Notes: generated by a model not told the origin, from the sequence alone. Positions 1 to 13,969 are shown, numbered from the stretch's first letter. The stretch: 64,000 bases of DNA from Chiloscyllium plagiosum (GCF_004010195.1 NC_057727.1:69856171-69920170); one strand, 5' to 3'. A program made the numbers and translations.

Positions 1-34
1 ATCAGCAAGTGTAGGAGTGAAGTTGCAATTTAGT

Positions 35-160
35 CATAGAACGTGGAACATTACAGTGCAATACAGGCCCTGTGGCACTTGATGTTGCACAGACCTGTGA
101 AGCCAGTCTGAAGTCCATCTAACCTCACTATTCCATTATCATCTGTATGTTCATCCAATG
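35..160 (-). mobile_element. CR1-like LINE 3' terminal fragment
   Basis: catagaac...tacagtgcaatacaggccc resembles the reverse complement of the CR1/HE1 3' tails seen elsewhere in the window. Confidence 0.5.
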
Positions 161-2868
161 ATCATGCGGATGATAATGGTAATGAATGGTGAAAGTTTTG
201 ATTTGCACCTGCCTTGATCACATGAAGTAGTTTCTCAAGTCTATACCTTTGGCATTAAGGCAAACAGTGAATTTGGCAGTCTCTTTTATGCCTCCTCTAA
301 ATTCTCCTGTCTGTTTGTGGGAGCACCAAAGCCTGATTTCATGCCTTTTGTAGTTGCATGAAAGATTTTCCTCCTCTCCATTGGAATGTAAATAGTGAAA
401 GAAATAGTAATGCTCATTTGGTGAGGATATTGAAATCAGACATGTTGAGTCCATACAATCTACAGTGTGTTGCTGGAAATGTGTGGCCAGCAGCCAAAGG
501 GTAGACGAGTTGACTAATAAATTGAGCAAGTTGAGGTGGGACAAAGTTGGCAGGAGTCCTGAATTGAATACTTGTCGTCACTTTGCAAACAGAATAATTT
601 CAGGGTTAACTGGAAGATAGCTTTTCTGGTAACTCTCTTGGAAAGACACAATGCAGACCCTGTCCAAGACTTGCAAGATGCAACAATAAATGACAAGTCA
701 ACTTTGTAAGGGCATAAATTAATGGTGGATATGTTAATTCTCCATGCGCGATGGGTATATTGTGTAGATAAAAGAAAATAGATGGAAAGAAAGACATAAC
801 GTCCATTTTGAAGCTGTGCTTCATAGTCAAGGAATCATTTTTAAGAAATAAATATATTTCTAAGTAATTCTGTTTCCAGCTGGTGATTTGCTTCTGAGCT
901 CCCATTAACTTCACTGTCGACAGTCCACTGATTTATATTCAGGGATGTTTCTCACTGTGAATTGTTCCTTTTATCACTCCCAACTTATTAGGACCTCAAG
1001 GTGTCCAACACTTGCCTACTAAGGTCAAAATCCATTCGCCAAGATTATGGTCCTTTTAACTTTCCTAGTTGCCATACAATGAAACGTTGTTGTTCTAATT
1101 GTTAAAACTCATCGATGTTCATAATTTGTGTGGAGACCACTACTGGGATTTACAAAGCTTTGTTGGTTTCTTAATATGAAAAGTATGGAAATTATTTGGA
1201 ACCTGAAGAACCAGAACCTATGGCAGAATGAATCACAAGAAAATTGCGCTCTCCTTTACGGTGTGATAAACCGGTGTTTGGGATGTGGTTACAAACATAG
1301 GAATTTGGAGGAAAAGTAGTCCATTCAGCTCCCCTCCACCACTCAGTAAAATCATGACTGATGGTCAGATTGTGACGTTCCCATCCACCCCAGTAACCTT
1401 TGATGCCCTTGCCTACTGCATAACCAAAAAACTTTGACCATTGCCTCAACTGTTGGCTCCATTCAGGAATCCAACCTGGAAGGCATATTCGTTTTACAGG
1501 ACTTCTGTTGAACTTTAGCTCCAGTGTTAGTTCGGCTGCCCAGAACCATGCAGAGGATCACAGCCTATGACCAATGCCACAGTGGCCATGATGAAGTTTT
1601 GAGCTGAGTTAATTTGGCCCTGTGCTGTCATGATGCTTGCTAAATAGAGGGAGTGGGGTTGCCATGTGACCTACACAACCTCGACTATTTTTAAGAGTCC
1701 AGTAACTGCAGGTGTCAAATTTAATTGCACTGTCGAGATTTCCCCTGTGAGAATCATTTCAGTGAAAGCATCTGTCTTTGAGTGGAAAATCTCCAAGGGA
1801 TGTGGAATTCCTTGTCTTAAGCACTTATTTTTAGCCTAAGTGGTGATAATGAGGGTGGTAACAGGAAGAACAGCATTATCTTTGTTTCCACCATTTTTTT
1901 TTTTGTTTTTATTAAATATTCGATAAGCCATGCAGCATTTGTTTTATTTAATCTTTCATTACGCAATGAAACCTGTAGCTTGCACTTTGGCTTCTAACAG
2001 CGTTCCCATGATTGTATCACTGTTGGAATTGACAGCAGCCTCTCCTTTCATTGTCTCCTGTCTGGCAATGCGTACACATCACCCCCTCATTTCCCTCCAG
2101 CCTCCTCGAATGCAGCCCCATCTTGCCCCAGGGACATCTAATGAAAAAGCAGAGGTGTTCTCAGTTAGGTTTAATTCTTAGAGTTGGCAGTAATGTGACC
2201 GTCTAGGAAACTATTTCAAACCAGAAAGGTTTGACACCTTTGCTGTGTGGATATGCATTTAAAGTAATAAAATTGCAGTTGCTGTGGACAACTGCATGTT
2301 ACTTGTGCTCTCCTCTAATTCTGGCCACTTGCACATCTCTTTCACTCATTGTTGGCATCCATGCTTCCTTGGTCCTATTTGGTGGAATCTGCTCCCTAAA
2401 TTGCTCTGCGCTTCTATTTCTATCATCTCCAGGAAGACACTTATTAAAACTGACTTTCAAACGAACCTTTGATCACTGTCAAGTATTGGGATCAACATCA
2501 GCATCTATGATGGTGTTGGCGTCAGTGTCACGCAGGTCATGTAGAGAGAATTCCAATGGAGCAGAGCCTTAACCAGGGCCTTGAGAGAGGGTGCATGTGG
2601 ATCAGTCTGAGAGTAAAGAGTTCTTGTGGACAGTTCTGCGGACTCCAGCTTTTTTGGGAAACTGACCAGAGTTTGCACCTCACCACGTAGAAGTCATTTA
2701 CTCTCCTAGCTGAATATGGTTTGGGGTGAAATTATTGTTTGGTTTCACTTGGGATATTTCAGTTGCTTTAAAAATTCTATATCAGTGCAAGATGTTGTTG
2801 TCGAAGTGAAATATTGAGTCCCATCCAGTGTTTTAATACCTGATTTGATTACTTCTCCATTTTGACAG

Positions 2869-3052
2869 CATTCGTTTTACTGCCGCTTGACAGAAGATAA
2901 GAAGTCTGAGAAATTCTTCAAGGTGTTTTATGACCGGATGAAGCTTGCACAGCAAGAGATCAAAGCCACAGTGACTGTAAATACCAGCGACCTTGGCAAT
3001 AAGAAGAAAGACGATGAATCTTCAGAGAGGGACGTGCCAGTGCGAAGAAGAG
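2869..3052 (+). CDS. ITPR1: ITPR1 exon ([61 protein letters not shown])
   Basis: tttgacag|CAT ... AGAG|gtaag; 184 bp, phase 0 to 1; overlaps ORF 2887..3114. Confidence 0.96.
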
Positions 3053-5209
3053 GTAAGCTGGTATTGACGAATGCTCTTGTGTATGAAGGAAACACCTTGC
3101 CAGGCACACTGTAGACTAATTATTTATTCTAATTGCCATTGTTATCCTAAAATTGGAACTTTAATTACCTCATAATTGTATTGAGACCTGCTAATTGGCC
3201 CTAGGAATTGGAAAACAGAACTTAATTTTCTGCTTTAAGGTGCCTTTGCAGTTTTCTCTGAGCAGTGTCATTACTTTTAGAACTGATGAATCAAAGCCTT
3301 AAGTGCTCCACAGCAGATTTAAAAGCTGTCCCAGCTGTAAATAAAACGTCATAAAAGTGTAAGCCAGTCCAGAGGAATTAGCAAGGGCAAAATGACTAGA
3401 GAGGTAAGCGGAGTCACGCAAAATGAATCCGAGTTGAAAGCAGGCTGAACTGCTTGTCCAAAGAGAGACAGGTCATTCTCGAGTTTGCAACTTCCTCCCC
3501 AGTTTGCAATCCCTTGTGTGTAAGAGAAGGCCTTTATCTGCAAGCCGCCTTTTTTTTTCCTGCAGGCATTGTTGCTTGTACAGACGTCAGCTTCTATACT
3601 TAGGCCCTCTTTGGTGACACTAGGTTTCTACCTCTCAGATACTTGGCTGTCATCTTGAACATCCCTTGAAACGTTCGAGGGATTCTTATCTGATGTGCAG
3701 TGGGTCAGCCAAAGTTTATGATGGAGCTATTGGTGAGGTATTTTTTCTAAAGCTTAATAACCATAAATAATTCCTTTCAAAGAACTGCAGTGCAAAATAA
3801 ACAGCCATAAATACCGATATTTAAAGCAATGCTTTCCACCACTTGCAAACTAACCTGTCATCTCCTTGAAGGGAGAGACTGCAAATGGGCAGATGGGTAG
3901 AAAGAATAGTTGATTTGCAACCAGTTTAGACAATGATTAACGACTTTTTGGATGCCATCCATCAATTGCTGATGTTGGAGAATTTGAAAGGATGTACAAC
4001 CCCAATGTCTACTGACCCTCCTGGAACAGGGGGAGGCATTTAACTTTATCATGCTCAGAAGCAGGATTCTCATCCAGTTGGGAGGTGGTGGGTGCAGCTG
4101 ACTGGAAAGTCCTGAGAGGCTGCCTCAACATAAAGGGACTCCCTCCTGCTTTCTAGAGGGCATCCCACCCGTTGTTTATCCAACCCATTTGCCCTTGTTT
4201 GTAAACAATAATTATTCTTTATGAACCTGTTTGGGTGTGTTACTGACATATCTCTGTAGCCATTACAACCTGAGGTGGAACCCAATTCTCTGGCTCAAAC
4301 GTCGGGTCACTACTATTTGTTACAAGACTCCTCTTGTCTAGTTCTTACTTAGTGAGTCTGTTGTCTGACCACTAATTTGCCAATTCACGGAAAAGCACTA
4401 TCTGATGACTGTACGGGACTCGAACAAACACAATGTGTGGCTCTGACCCCATTTGACCTTGCTGTCAAGATTTCAACCACAAGGTCAAAACCTGCCCCTT
4501 GGCCCCTATTCTCTTGGGTTGGAAATCCTAAATAGGTCCATGCAGTTCTTGTTAATCTATATTTATTTGGAAGAATTTTGAAGTCCTGAAGTCTTTAAAA
4601 TTATAAAAGTTGACTGAATATTTTGAGCATCACTTTACTAGTCATTCCCAGAACATAGATGGTAATTTAAATCATTGAGCCCACAGAGCCTATTTCCTTC
4701 AGTCTGAAGTGGTGCAATATGTGACAAAAGATTATTGTCAAGTTAAGAGTGTAATCTTTTCTCATCAAAGGCATTGACTAACTAGAAATGCTCAGCAATG
4801 ACTGTGCTCATAGTTGCTGAGTTAGAGGAGGACTTGGGATTCACAAAGTCTGATTCAGTGGAGGATTATGATCAGTGTTTGTTAGGGATATGGGGAAATC
4901 GGGTCAGGGTGAGAATATTATCGCTAATTCAATACAAAACGTGAAACCAGTATTCTTTATCTACCAATGACCAGCATCTTGAGACTAGTTTGGGGTAGAC
5001 CATAACATAAGGGGTATCAAAGTAACATGTGGGCAGTGGTTGCCAGGAGATTTGACATTTTTGAGACTGTGGTCAATAGATTATTGCGAATCAAATTTAT
5101 TCAGCAGTAAGGATTGGTGATGAATAAACAGAATCCAAATGGAGATTTGCCATGAGCTTTCTGATGGAACAGACTCCATATGCCGTATAGCCAGTTTATG
5201 CCTACGATT

Positions 5210-5564
5210 GGCGGCATGGTGACTCCGTGGTTAGCACTGCTGCCTCACAGTGCCAGGGACCCAGGTTTAATTCCAGTCTTAGGTGACTGTGCAAACTCCA
5301 CATAGACATTCTCCCCGTGTCTGTGTGGGTTTCCTCCAGGTGCTGTTGTTCCCTCCCACAGTCCAAAGATGTGCAGGTCAGGGTGAATTGGCCATGCTAA
5401 AATGCCTGGAGTGTTCAGGGACGTGTATGTTAGGTGCATTAGTCAGGGATAAACGTAGGGTATTAGGGTAGGGCAATGGGTCTGAGTGGGATATCTTTCG
5501 GAGGGTGAGTGTGGACATTTTGAGCCAAATGGCCTGTTTCCACACTGTAGGGATTCGATGATTC
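5210..5564 (+). mobile_element. HE1-like tRNA-derived V-SINE, near full length
   Basis: tRNA-like head (gtggttagcactgctgcctcacag...), V-domain core (ttctccccgtgtctgtgtgggtttcctcc) and CR1-type tail (ggcctgtttccacactgtag). Confidence 0.85.
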
Positions 5565-5685
5565 CTGTACTTCTAAATTAGCATTGAGATTCTGACAATT
5601 GCTTTTGTATGTGCTTAAGATAACTGATGGAAGGGCAAATTGCTCCTGACCAATGTGTTGTCTGTTACTGTTATTTAAAATGCAG

Positions 5686-5939
5686 CCAAAGAGCCTTCAG
5701 CACAACTCAGTGATGAAGTAAGAGACCAGCTGCTCGAGGCATCTGCTGCCACGCGCAAGGCCTACAACACCTTCCGTCGGGAGGCTGACCCAGAGGACCA
5801 CTTTGCTGCCGCGGACGGCAACCAAACAGCTGCAGAGAAAAACAAAGATGATGGCGAGATGAGTGCTGTGATTGCCATCATGCAGCCAATCCTTCGGTTC
5901 ATGCAGCTTCTCTGTGAAAACCATAACCGAGATCTTCAG
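5686..5939 (+). CDS. ITPR1: ITPR1 exon ([40 protein letters not shown]...[20 protein letters not shown])
   Basis: tgcag|CCAAA ... CTTCAG|gtaaa; 254 bp, phase 1 to 0; contains the conserved QLLCENHN motif. Not listed in the ORF track on this strand. Confidence 0.96.
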
Positions 5940-7339
5940 GTAAAACACAACCCACTACTATTGAGCGTGAGACCATCTCGCGTCCAGACTCTGTGACTGC
6001 AGTTGGGAGGGAAAAAATGGACTGTTCTGATGTCATCAGAGTGTAGTTTCTGCCCTGTGCTTTATAATCCCAAAATAAGTAGCTCCATTCTAGCTAGAGG
6101 TTTTAAAGGTGAGGTATTGGAATGAAATCTCAATTTCAAAATCACCTTAAGAATAGTTTCATTCAATGAAGGGCATCAAAGGAAGGTAGCTCTAGAGATG
6201 AGGGCATGAAGTTAATGCATGTTTGATCCACATTCAAGATGCTTTAAATATGCCAATTATGGCCGAAACTGTCTTGAGCAGTAGGTGGACATTAGTTGGA
6301 AGAGTTTCAATATTTGTGGAACTTGCTGTTTTTAATGTCTATTGTTGAAGGTTTCCCTGTAATTAATACAAATGGCGTGTCAGCCCCACACTAGGTTCTT
6401 TGTTCGCAGACTGATTGTAGATGTTGGCATTCGGATGGTGGGACGTCTAACAATTGGAAAGTTAAATTTGGCGCACTTAGCCAGCAGAAACAGCCAGGAA
6501 AAATGTTAATGCAGTAGTTGCAAAGGTTTTGAGCAGAGTGAAGAATGCATGTCACCAAAGATTCTCTGCTTTGTGAGCCATAACAGATACAGGCTCTTTT
6601 GCATTAAATAGTATTGATTGGAGTTGTGTTGTTATGGGCCAGGTCGCTGTGGTTTGAATCCTTCTATCCTCTTTGGATGGGAACCCATCATAATTAGTTT
6701 CGAATATATTAACTAACGTATCAATGAATCAAGCCATTCCATTCAGAACAAGATCCTATGTAATAGACTGTCCGTTGTACTAATGTACTGTTGAGTTAAC
6801 TGTTCCTAATGTCCTTTGCTCTCATATTTCTCAAAGTTTTTGAATGAGTTATTCATAGCTGTATATTTTATTCTGGTCAGGAATAGTCTAAACCCATTGA
6901 AATATTGTGCTGAGCAGGGTTTTGACTGTGGCATTTTGCCATGTAATGATAAGTAACCATGATTCAATATTCAGAGTTCATGGAGGAGAAGCATCTGTTT
7001 TATTTTTAATATTTTGAGAAGGAATATTTATTAACTATTTTAAATGTATAGATTCTGCTGAGTGCTGTTCAGTTATGTTTAATATAAATTTTTTGTTGAC
7101 TTGTGTCCTGATCTAGTTTAATATTCTTTCTCTTATTAAAGAGGAGATTATTTGGTGGCTTAAACTACATTCTAAAGAGGCAAGTTGTAGGAGCTGGGAC
7201 ATCCGAGTCTCCTGATGTTGGCTGGGTATAAGGATATACTCTGGTCTGTAACGAATGTGTGATGTCCACTTACCCAGCAATACTGCAGAGGTCATAGTGT
7301 GTATGAAAACTCCAAAAAACCCAAGTTCGATATTCTTAC

Positions 7340-8270
7340 ACCTTTTTATAGGATAGCTAGGTAAGCCAGCATTTGTTGCCCATTCCTGTTGCGTTTGAGG
7401 AGTTAGTGGTAAGCTCCACCTTCAACCACTCTGGTTTAGATAGTGGACGGGCTATTAAGTAACACAATGCTGTTAGGGAGGGAGTTTCAGTATTTTGATC
7501 CAGTGACATTTGGAGGAATGTCAGTACAGTTCGAAGTCAGAGTTATGTGTCTTGCAGAGTAGATTGCAAGGTGGTGGTGCTCCCATTGGACCTGTTGCCC
7601 ATGTCCTCCTAGGCAGTGGAGGACCTGGGTTTGGGAGGTTAAAGAGCCATGGTGAGTTGCTGCAATTCATTTTGTAGATGATGCACACTGATACCACCAT
7701 TCTTTCAGGTATGACGGAGGGGAATGTTTTGAAAGAGTTCGACAGGGTGCCACTCAACACTCAATTATTCGTCTTTTATCTTGTTGAGGGTTGAGTTTCT
7801 TAAATGTTGGAGCTACCCCCATGCAGGAAAGGGTGGGGGGGGAGGAGATTCAATCACACTCCTGATCTGTGGCTATTTATTGCAAAAGAGTCTGCATCTG
7901 TTATGGCTCACAAAGCAGAGAATCTTTGGTGACATGCATTCTTCACTCTGCCTGACAGTCTATGGGGAGTCAGAAAGTGACTTGCCACAGAATTGTCAGC
8001 ATCTGACCAGGTTGGGTATTTATATGTCTGGTCTAGTTCAGTTCTGGTCAATGGCAATCCTGAGATGTTGACAGTCTGGGATTCAGCTATTGTAATACCT
8101 TGGTCAAGCAGAAGTGGTTCAATTGTCACTCCTTGCGGATGGTCATTGCTCAGCACTTGTGTGGTATGAATGTTATTTGCCACTTGTCAGTCCAAGCTTA
8201 AATGTTAACTTGATCTTACTGCATATGGATAGAAACCAGCTTCACTGTCTGTGGAGATGTCAACTTGGTT
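7340..8270 (-). mobile_element. decayed LINE (second family, CR1/L2 superclade), 3' portion
   Basis: Visibly similar to 54270-55800 (cagcatttgttgcccattcc, gttagggagggagtttcag, gagtcagaaagtgac). Confidence 0.65.
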
Positions 8271-11200
8271 GAACCTTGTGGATCATTTGGGGAAAAAAAA
8301 TCAAGTCATTGACAGTCAGATGATGTTCACTCCCAAATCTTGTCAAGGCAAAAAATGCTGAATGATGCATTGTACAGTGAAACTAAAAAATTGTTGTGCA
8401 ATCTTTTATCAGAAACCTTTTTTCCCCCCATTGTATTTCCTGATGAAAGTTAATCATTCCAGTGACAAAAGAAGAGGTCCTCTTACTATTGATTCCAGTG
8501 ATATGCTATTGTTGCATAATTTTAATTCCGTTAGTACTTTGTCTAAACTGTGACATCTCAACAAGCTAAGTTGATTCTCGGCTTTGATTCTGCAGGCAGT
8601 GTTCTTTTGGGTTCAGCTTTACTGAAAACTGCTGTAAGTGTCCCCTATGGTCAGGAGTCCGCTTGTTGCTGCCCAGTATCTAGAGATCCAGCAGCCTATA
8701 GTGATATCTAGGATGCAGTGCACAATAATATTCCTCATTGTACATAATTCTGCAAGTCGATTATATTCTGAGCAAATCACAAAGTTTATATTTAAATTGA
8801 GTGCCTTGGCCTGGTGTCATGTTAGGCTTAGGTAGAGTTTCCATCAACGAAGCTGGTTTGTTTCTTAAGAGTTCAAAAGTGGAGCCTTGGCCAACAAGCT
8901 TATTTTTATCAAAGGCCTCAAAATTCCTGAGCCCTGAGATAACGGGAATCTCATTTAGTTGTGCTCCTCCGGGAGTCTTTTTTTTTAATTATGTGAAGCA
9001 CTGAAATTCCACATTTGATTTTTAATATATCTGACATCCTTCATATGACCTAGAGCTAATTGGTAGAAAGAGTTAACTCCCCAGGTCATGGTGCAGTCAC
9101 GGTTACTCTTCTGAGGCTGTGACTGACCATACAGGGTTTCACTCTGTGTATTTTGACTGTATTGATCTGGAAATGTTTGATATTCTGTACTTTTTTTAAA
9201 AAAAAAGCTGAATTCCAATAGCTACACTAACATCTTTCACCTTGAAGAGCACAACTATTGTACCAAGTATTTGAAGCAAAAATATTTCAGTGTAACTCTA
9301 ATCCCACAAAAGCAAAAATTGGGTGGGGGTGGGGAGAGGTGCTGGAAACTGACAGAAAAACGATAAGTAACAATCAAGTCAGGCAATCTCTTTGCAGAAA
9401 GAAATAAAATTAACATTTCGGTTCCAACTCACATTCCAACTGCACAAACTGGGGGAGGAAAATGGAATGTTCCAACAGGAAGTGCAAACAATCCCAGGTG
9501 AATTTAAAGCAGAAATGACGATGGCTTGCATTTATTGTAAATGCTTGGAATGGAGAGAATGTGAAAAGAAATGCCAACTTGCACAGGGTCAGAAAACAAA
9601 ACATTTAGTGCATTTTTTTTGCTCATTCAACTCCATTCATACTTGGCTTGTGTATGAGAATCCCAGATCTGTACACTTAGCAACAGCCACAGTGGCAATT
9701 CATATAAGGAAGCATGCAATTCTTTTTGAATAAGATGCAGAATTTTAGAGGTATCAATTTTGAAACATTATGGAGCCTTGTCATTTTGTTTGTAATAAAT
9801 TACCTTTGAACCGAAAGGAATATTAGCAAAATGTATCTGTTCTGTGGGGAGAAAGTGAGCAACCTACAGTCATCAAATGCAATATTCATGACTAGTTATT
9901 TTGCTTGTGTATTATTTAGCTTCCAAGAGCTTTTTCTGACAGGCATTCTGCCATAAATGTAAGTGTTTATCAAAAGATTGAGTGAATCCAAGGTATCAGT
10001 GCAATAGTGTAGACTCTCGGCGAAGTTAGAGCAGATAAATGTTTGAGTTACCTGGAAGTTTAGGACAATGATGATCTAGCATGGCTGACAAGTTGAGGGG
10101 TGGAGTAGATCAGTTCTGATCTTAGTAAATGTTGGGACAAGATATGGCCACCACCTCCTCTCTCTCTTATGTATAGTGCATAAAACATTGATTGGTGAGT
10201 AACTGGATGATCACTGTCCATTCTCCCTACAGTCAGGGCCAATAGAATGGAAGAATCTGGCTAATGGAAGTGGCTGAGACAGAATGGAGTACACAAGGGA
10301 GAAATAAGCTGTGAGGAAGATTAAGCAGCCAGAGAGTGACTGTAACTATGTGATAGGTCACTGGGGCTGCACTGTTGTAAAATACTTCAAGCAGTGCCAC
10401 GTCAGGTCTTTAAAGCCATGAGGCGGAAACTAATAATTCAACACCACTCCAACAGATAAATATGATGAGCTGCCAATGGAGATTTATTTTGCATCGCAGC
10501 TTATTAAATCATTGAGCACATGAACAGAAGATTAAGAAGTGAAGAATAATTAAATCCTTAGCACCTCAGAAATAAACTAATCCACTATTGTAATCCTTCA
10601 GACATTTCTGACCAGGCAATTTTAACAGCTACAGTCGAAATGTTATTTAAATTGAAAGTAGCAGCTGCCATAACGGGATCTTTTGAATCATGTTAATGAC
10701 CAGAACATTTCTTGCTGTGAAATATGATGAGACACTAGCCAAAAAATTAACTGATCTCTTGAACTGTGATTGTTTGAGCATTTTCTGATTCGTAATTTTG
10801 ATTGCTTAAGACTACACGAGTGTCTTTCTAGTGAAAGGTAAATATGTTCTGTGGCACTTTTTTCATAGCCTGGGCTTAGAGACAGTCAGGGAGCAGGTCT
10901 TGGTAACCAGAACTCTGTATTGAAATATATCCATGCTATACAAAGCAGGGAGAGATCTTTGCACAACGACTACAGAGGCAGTCTTTGGCCCCACAATCAT
11001 AATCTGATGCCACTTCCTGTGATGCCATAAGCTGGCCAATTAAGCGCTCCCACTTCAGGAAATTTCCAAGCAAGCTCTTTGCAATTAAATACCTTTTTAG
11101 ACATGCAAGCATTATTAGAATTAAGGTTAAAAATGTAGTATGTGGCCAGACCCCATAATAGCAGTGCAATCATAGGCTAATATTTTGTTAATGATGTTGT

Positions 11201-11493
11201 TTAAGGAATAAATATTAGCCAGGGCAGTGCTGTCACAATCTTGACCTCTTGCTCACTACTTCTTTCTCTACGCTAAACCCTGAGTATATGTTTGTTAAAA
11301 ATCTGGTGGTCTCTTAATTTTATTTTCCTTTTATTTTCCTTTTGTTTTTCTTCACAATTGTCTTTAACCCTCCAGTAATCTTCCCTAATGTGATCGGGGA
11401 GTCACCTCTGAACTTGAACACGTGCTGAGACTTGTGAAACCAAGCAGAAAGTTCTCGTGAACGTTAATTATCCGTTTTCTGATTTCGCCTCAG

Positions 11494-11694
11494 AACTTCT
11501 TGAGATGTCAAAACAACAAGACTAATTACAACCTGGTCTGTGAGACACTGCAATTCCTGGATTGCATCTGTGGTAGCACCACGGGTGGGCTGGGCCTTCT
11601 GGGACTCTACATCAATGAGAAAAATGTGTCCCTCATCAATCAGACACTGGAGAGCTTAACTGAATACTGTCAAGGACCCTGCCATGAGAACCAG
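11494..11694 (+). CDS. ITPR1: ITPR1 exon ([67 protein letters not shown])
   Basis: cctcag|AAC ... CAG|gtatat; 201 bp, phase 0/0; contains the GxGxxG motif (GLGLLG) and TEYCQG with Ca2+-site residues. Confidence 0.97.
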
Positions 11695-11761
11695 GTATAT
11701 TTTGTGCCACTGATTTTAACTTTTGCTGAGAACCTATTTATTAGAAAATTGGTTAACACTT

Positions 11762-12050
11762 CATAGAATCCCAACACTGTAGAAGGAGGCTGTTCAGCCC
11801 ATCGGGTCTGCACTGACCCTCTAAAGAGCATCCGATCCAGATCCAGCTGCCCCCACCCTATCCCCATCACCCTACTTTTATCATGGCCAATTCACCTAAC
11901 CTGCATGTGTTCGGACTGTGGGGGGGGGAACCCCACGCAGACGCTGGGAGAGTATACAAACTGCATGCAGACAGTCTCCCGAGGCTAGAATCGAACCTGG
12001 GTGCCTGGTGCTGTGAGGCAGTATTGCTAACCAAGTCACTGTGCTGCCCC
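11762..12050 (-). mobile_element. HE1-like V-SINE
   Basis: Reverse complement of the same head, V-core and tail (catggccaattcacctaacctgca; ctgtgaggcagtattgctaacca). Confidence 0.85.
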
Positions 12051-12710
12051 CATCTCTTTAAATAATTTGGAGACTGCTGAAGTATGTTCAGCTGGTAGAG
12101 GAAGAAGTGGAAGGAGGTGGGAAGAAATACATGAGTATGTTGGCAGAAACATGTGCAAGTACAAAAGATGACTGCACTAAGGAGTCCCTTTTTGCAGTTA
12201 TTCTGGCTGCAAACACTAAAAACAAAGCATGCCCACAAATTGTGATGATTATCACTATTTTATTAGGGCATTCTAGCACTCTCTCATTAAAGCGTTGAGA
12301 ATATTATAACCTGGATGTTGTGCTCCAGTCTGTGGAGTAGGATTTGCCCCCTCTATTTTTGTTCTCAGAGGCAGACCATGGCTGACACTTAATTAAAAAG
12401 AGCGAGCTGTCTGGAGCACCAATGGTGCCGTTCTGAATTACTGTTTTTATTTGGAATGGTTTTATTTTATTCCCGGTCTCATTCTCCAGTGCTGGGGTTT
12501 AAGGAGATCCAGCTTCATCCTAGCGTACAGGTAATTAACTAACCCACAAGTATTCATGTTTGGGTTCGTCAAGTGTTGTTTCCGTGAATCAGAGTCATGA
12601 TAAATAGATGTTTTGACAAATTTGAAACTGTTGGTTTCATGGCAAACGTTCTAATCGGGAAGAGGAAGCGATGATTCAAGTGACTTTGTTTTTAACGTTT
12701 GTTTGCACAG

Positions 12711-12821
12711 AACTGCATTGCCACCCATGAATCGAATGGAATTGACATCATCATTGCGTTGATTCTGAATGATATCAATCCTCTGGGGAAAAAACGAATG
12801 GACCTCGTACTAGAATTGAAG
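12711..12821 (+). CDS. ITPR1: ITPR1 exon ([37 protein letters not shown]), followed by a GC donor
   Basis: gcacag|AAC ... AAG|gcaagt; 111 bp; joins in frame to NNASK only if the GC donor is used. Confidence 0.93.
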
Positions 12822-13444
12822 GCAAGTCAGAAAACAGTACTGTCACAGTACCGACCCTGTGTTTAAAATAGAAAGGGCAGCCAAAATGATGACTTAGTTG
12901 TTGAAAATCACCATCATTTGTACCACCTGGAAAACCACCAGGTTGGAATTTTCACACTTGCTGAGTTTATTGATCTAAGGTGGGAGAGGACCTTAGACCT
13001 CATATAGAATTCCAACTTGTGTGGTATCTATTTAGTTCCATCAACCCTGGTTTGAATTTTTTTTCTCTCTGAAGTGAACCTATATCTGGCCTTTTTTTGC
13101 TCTCTAGGTTGTAACAGCTTTATTTAATGAACATTTGACCAGGCACATCACCAGGATTCTTGTCTTGTTTAGAATCGTGAAATCCCAATAGTGCAGAAGC
13201 AAGCCATTCAGCCCATCGAGTGGACACCACCCAATTTGAAAAGCATCCCACCCAATTTACGTTAATAACACTGAGTTTTGAGTGAATCTGTAATCCACCC
13301 TGTTCTTTTTGGGGGGAAAAAAGCCCTCCTCCTTCCCCGTCATCCCATCTTAATTTTGTTGTTTCGTCATCTTTTGTTTCCCCATTCTCCACATTCTCTG
13401 CCAAACAGTAAGGTAAAGATAAAGTTGTCACTGTCTTACTCGAT

Positions 13445-13632
13445 CACAGGGCTGCTCTCTCTCTCACTAGAGACAGACGACTGGTAGTGGTTTTAACCTG
13501 AAGGTCACCACGCCTCAGCTGAGGGAAGAGGTTGAGAAGTAGAGTCCTTCGAGATAATCTCAATCAAGCAGGAGTTGAACCCATGCCTGTTGGATTCCGC
13601 ATTGCAAACCTGCCTTCCAATCAACTGAACTA
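13445..13632 (-). mobile_element. tRNA-derived SINE (different family from HE1)
   Basis: On the minus strand a Pol III B-box-like GGTTCAACTCC; shares ggtcaccacgcctcag and ggttgagaag with 36305-36472. Confidence 0.6.
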
Positions 13633-13969
13633 ACTGAACGGAACCCCAAGCTACAGTAGCTGCAATCCAACCAATGATTTCTGATTTTTCTTTTCAATAG
13701 TATCTTGTAGCTTTTGCATATTAAACTTTAGAACATTTTGTTCAGATTCAATACCTTTTCCTTCCGCTTCTAAAATTTTGTACGTTGGAGTTTCTCAATT
13801 TCTCAAACATTATTCAAATATATTATCATTTAATATATATTTCCCTCTTTTTGCGTTTTCCTGCAAAAATCAGAGTCGCTCATCTTTCTACAGCCAGTTT
13901 TGACAGGAATCTGCCCTATCTGCTGACCTGTCTTTGTTTCTCTCCCCACTCCTTCCCAAACTCTTGAGA

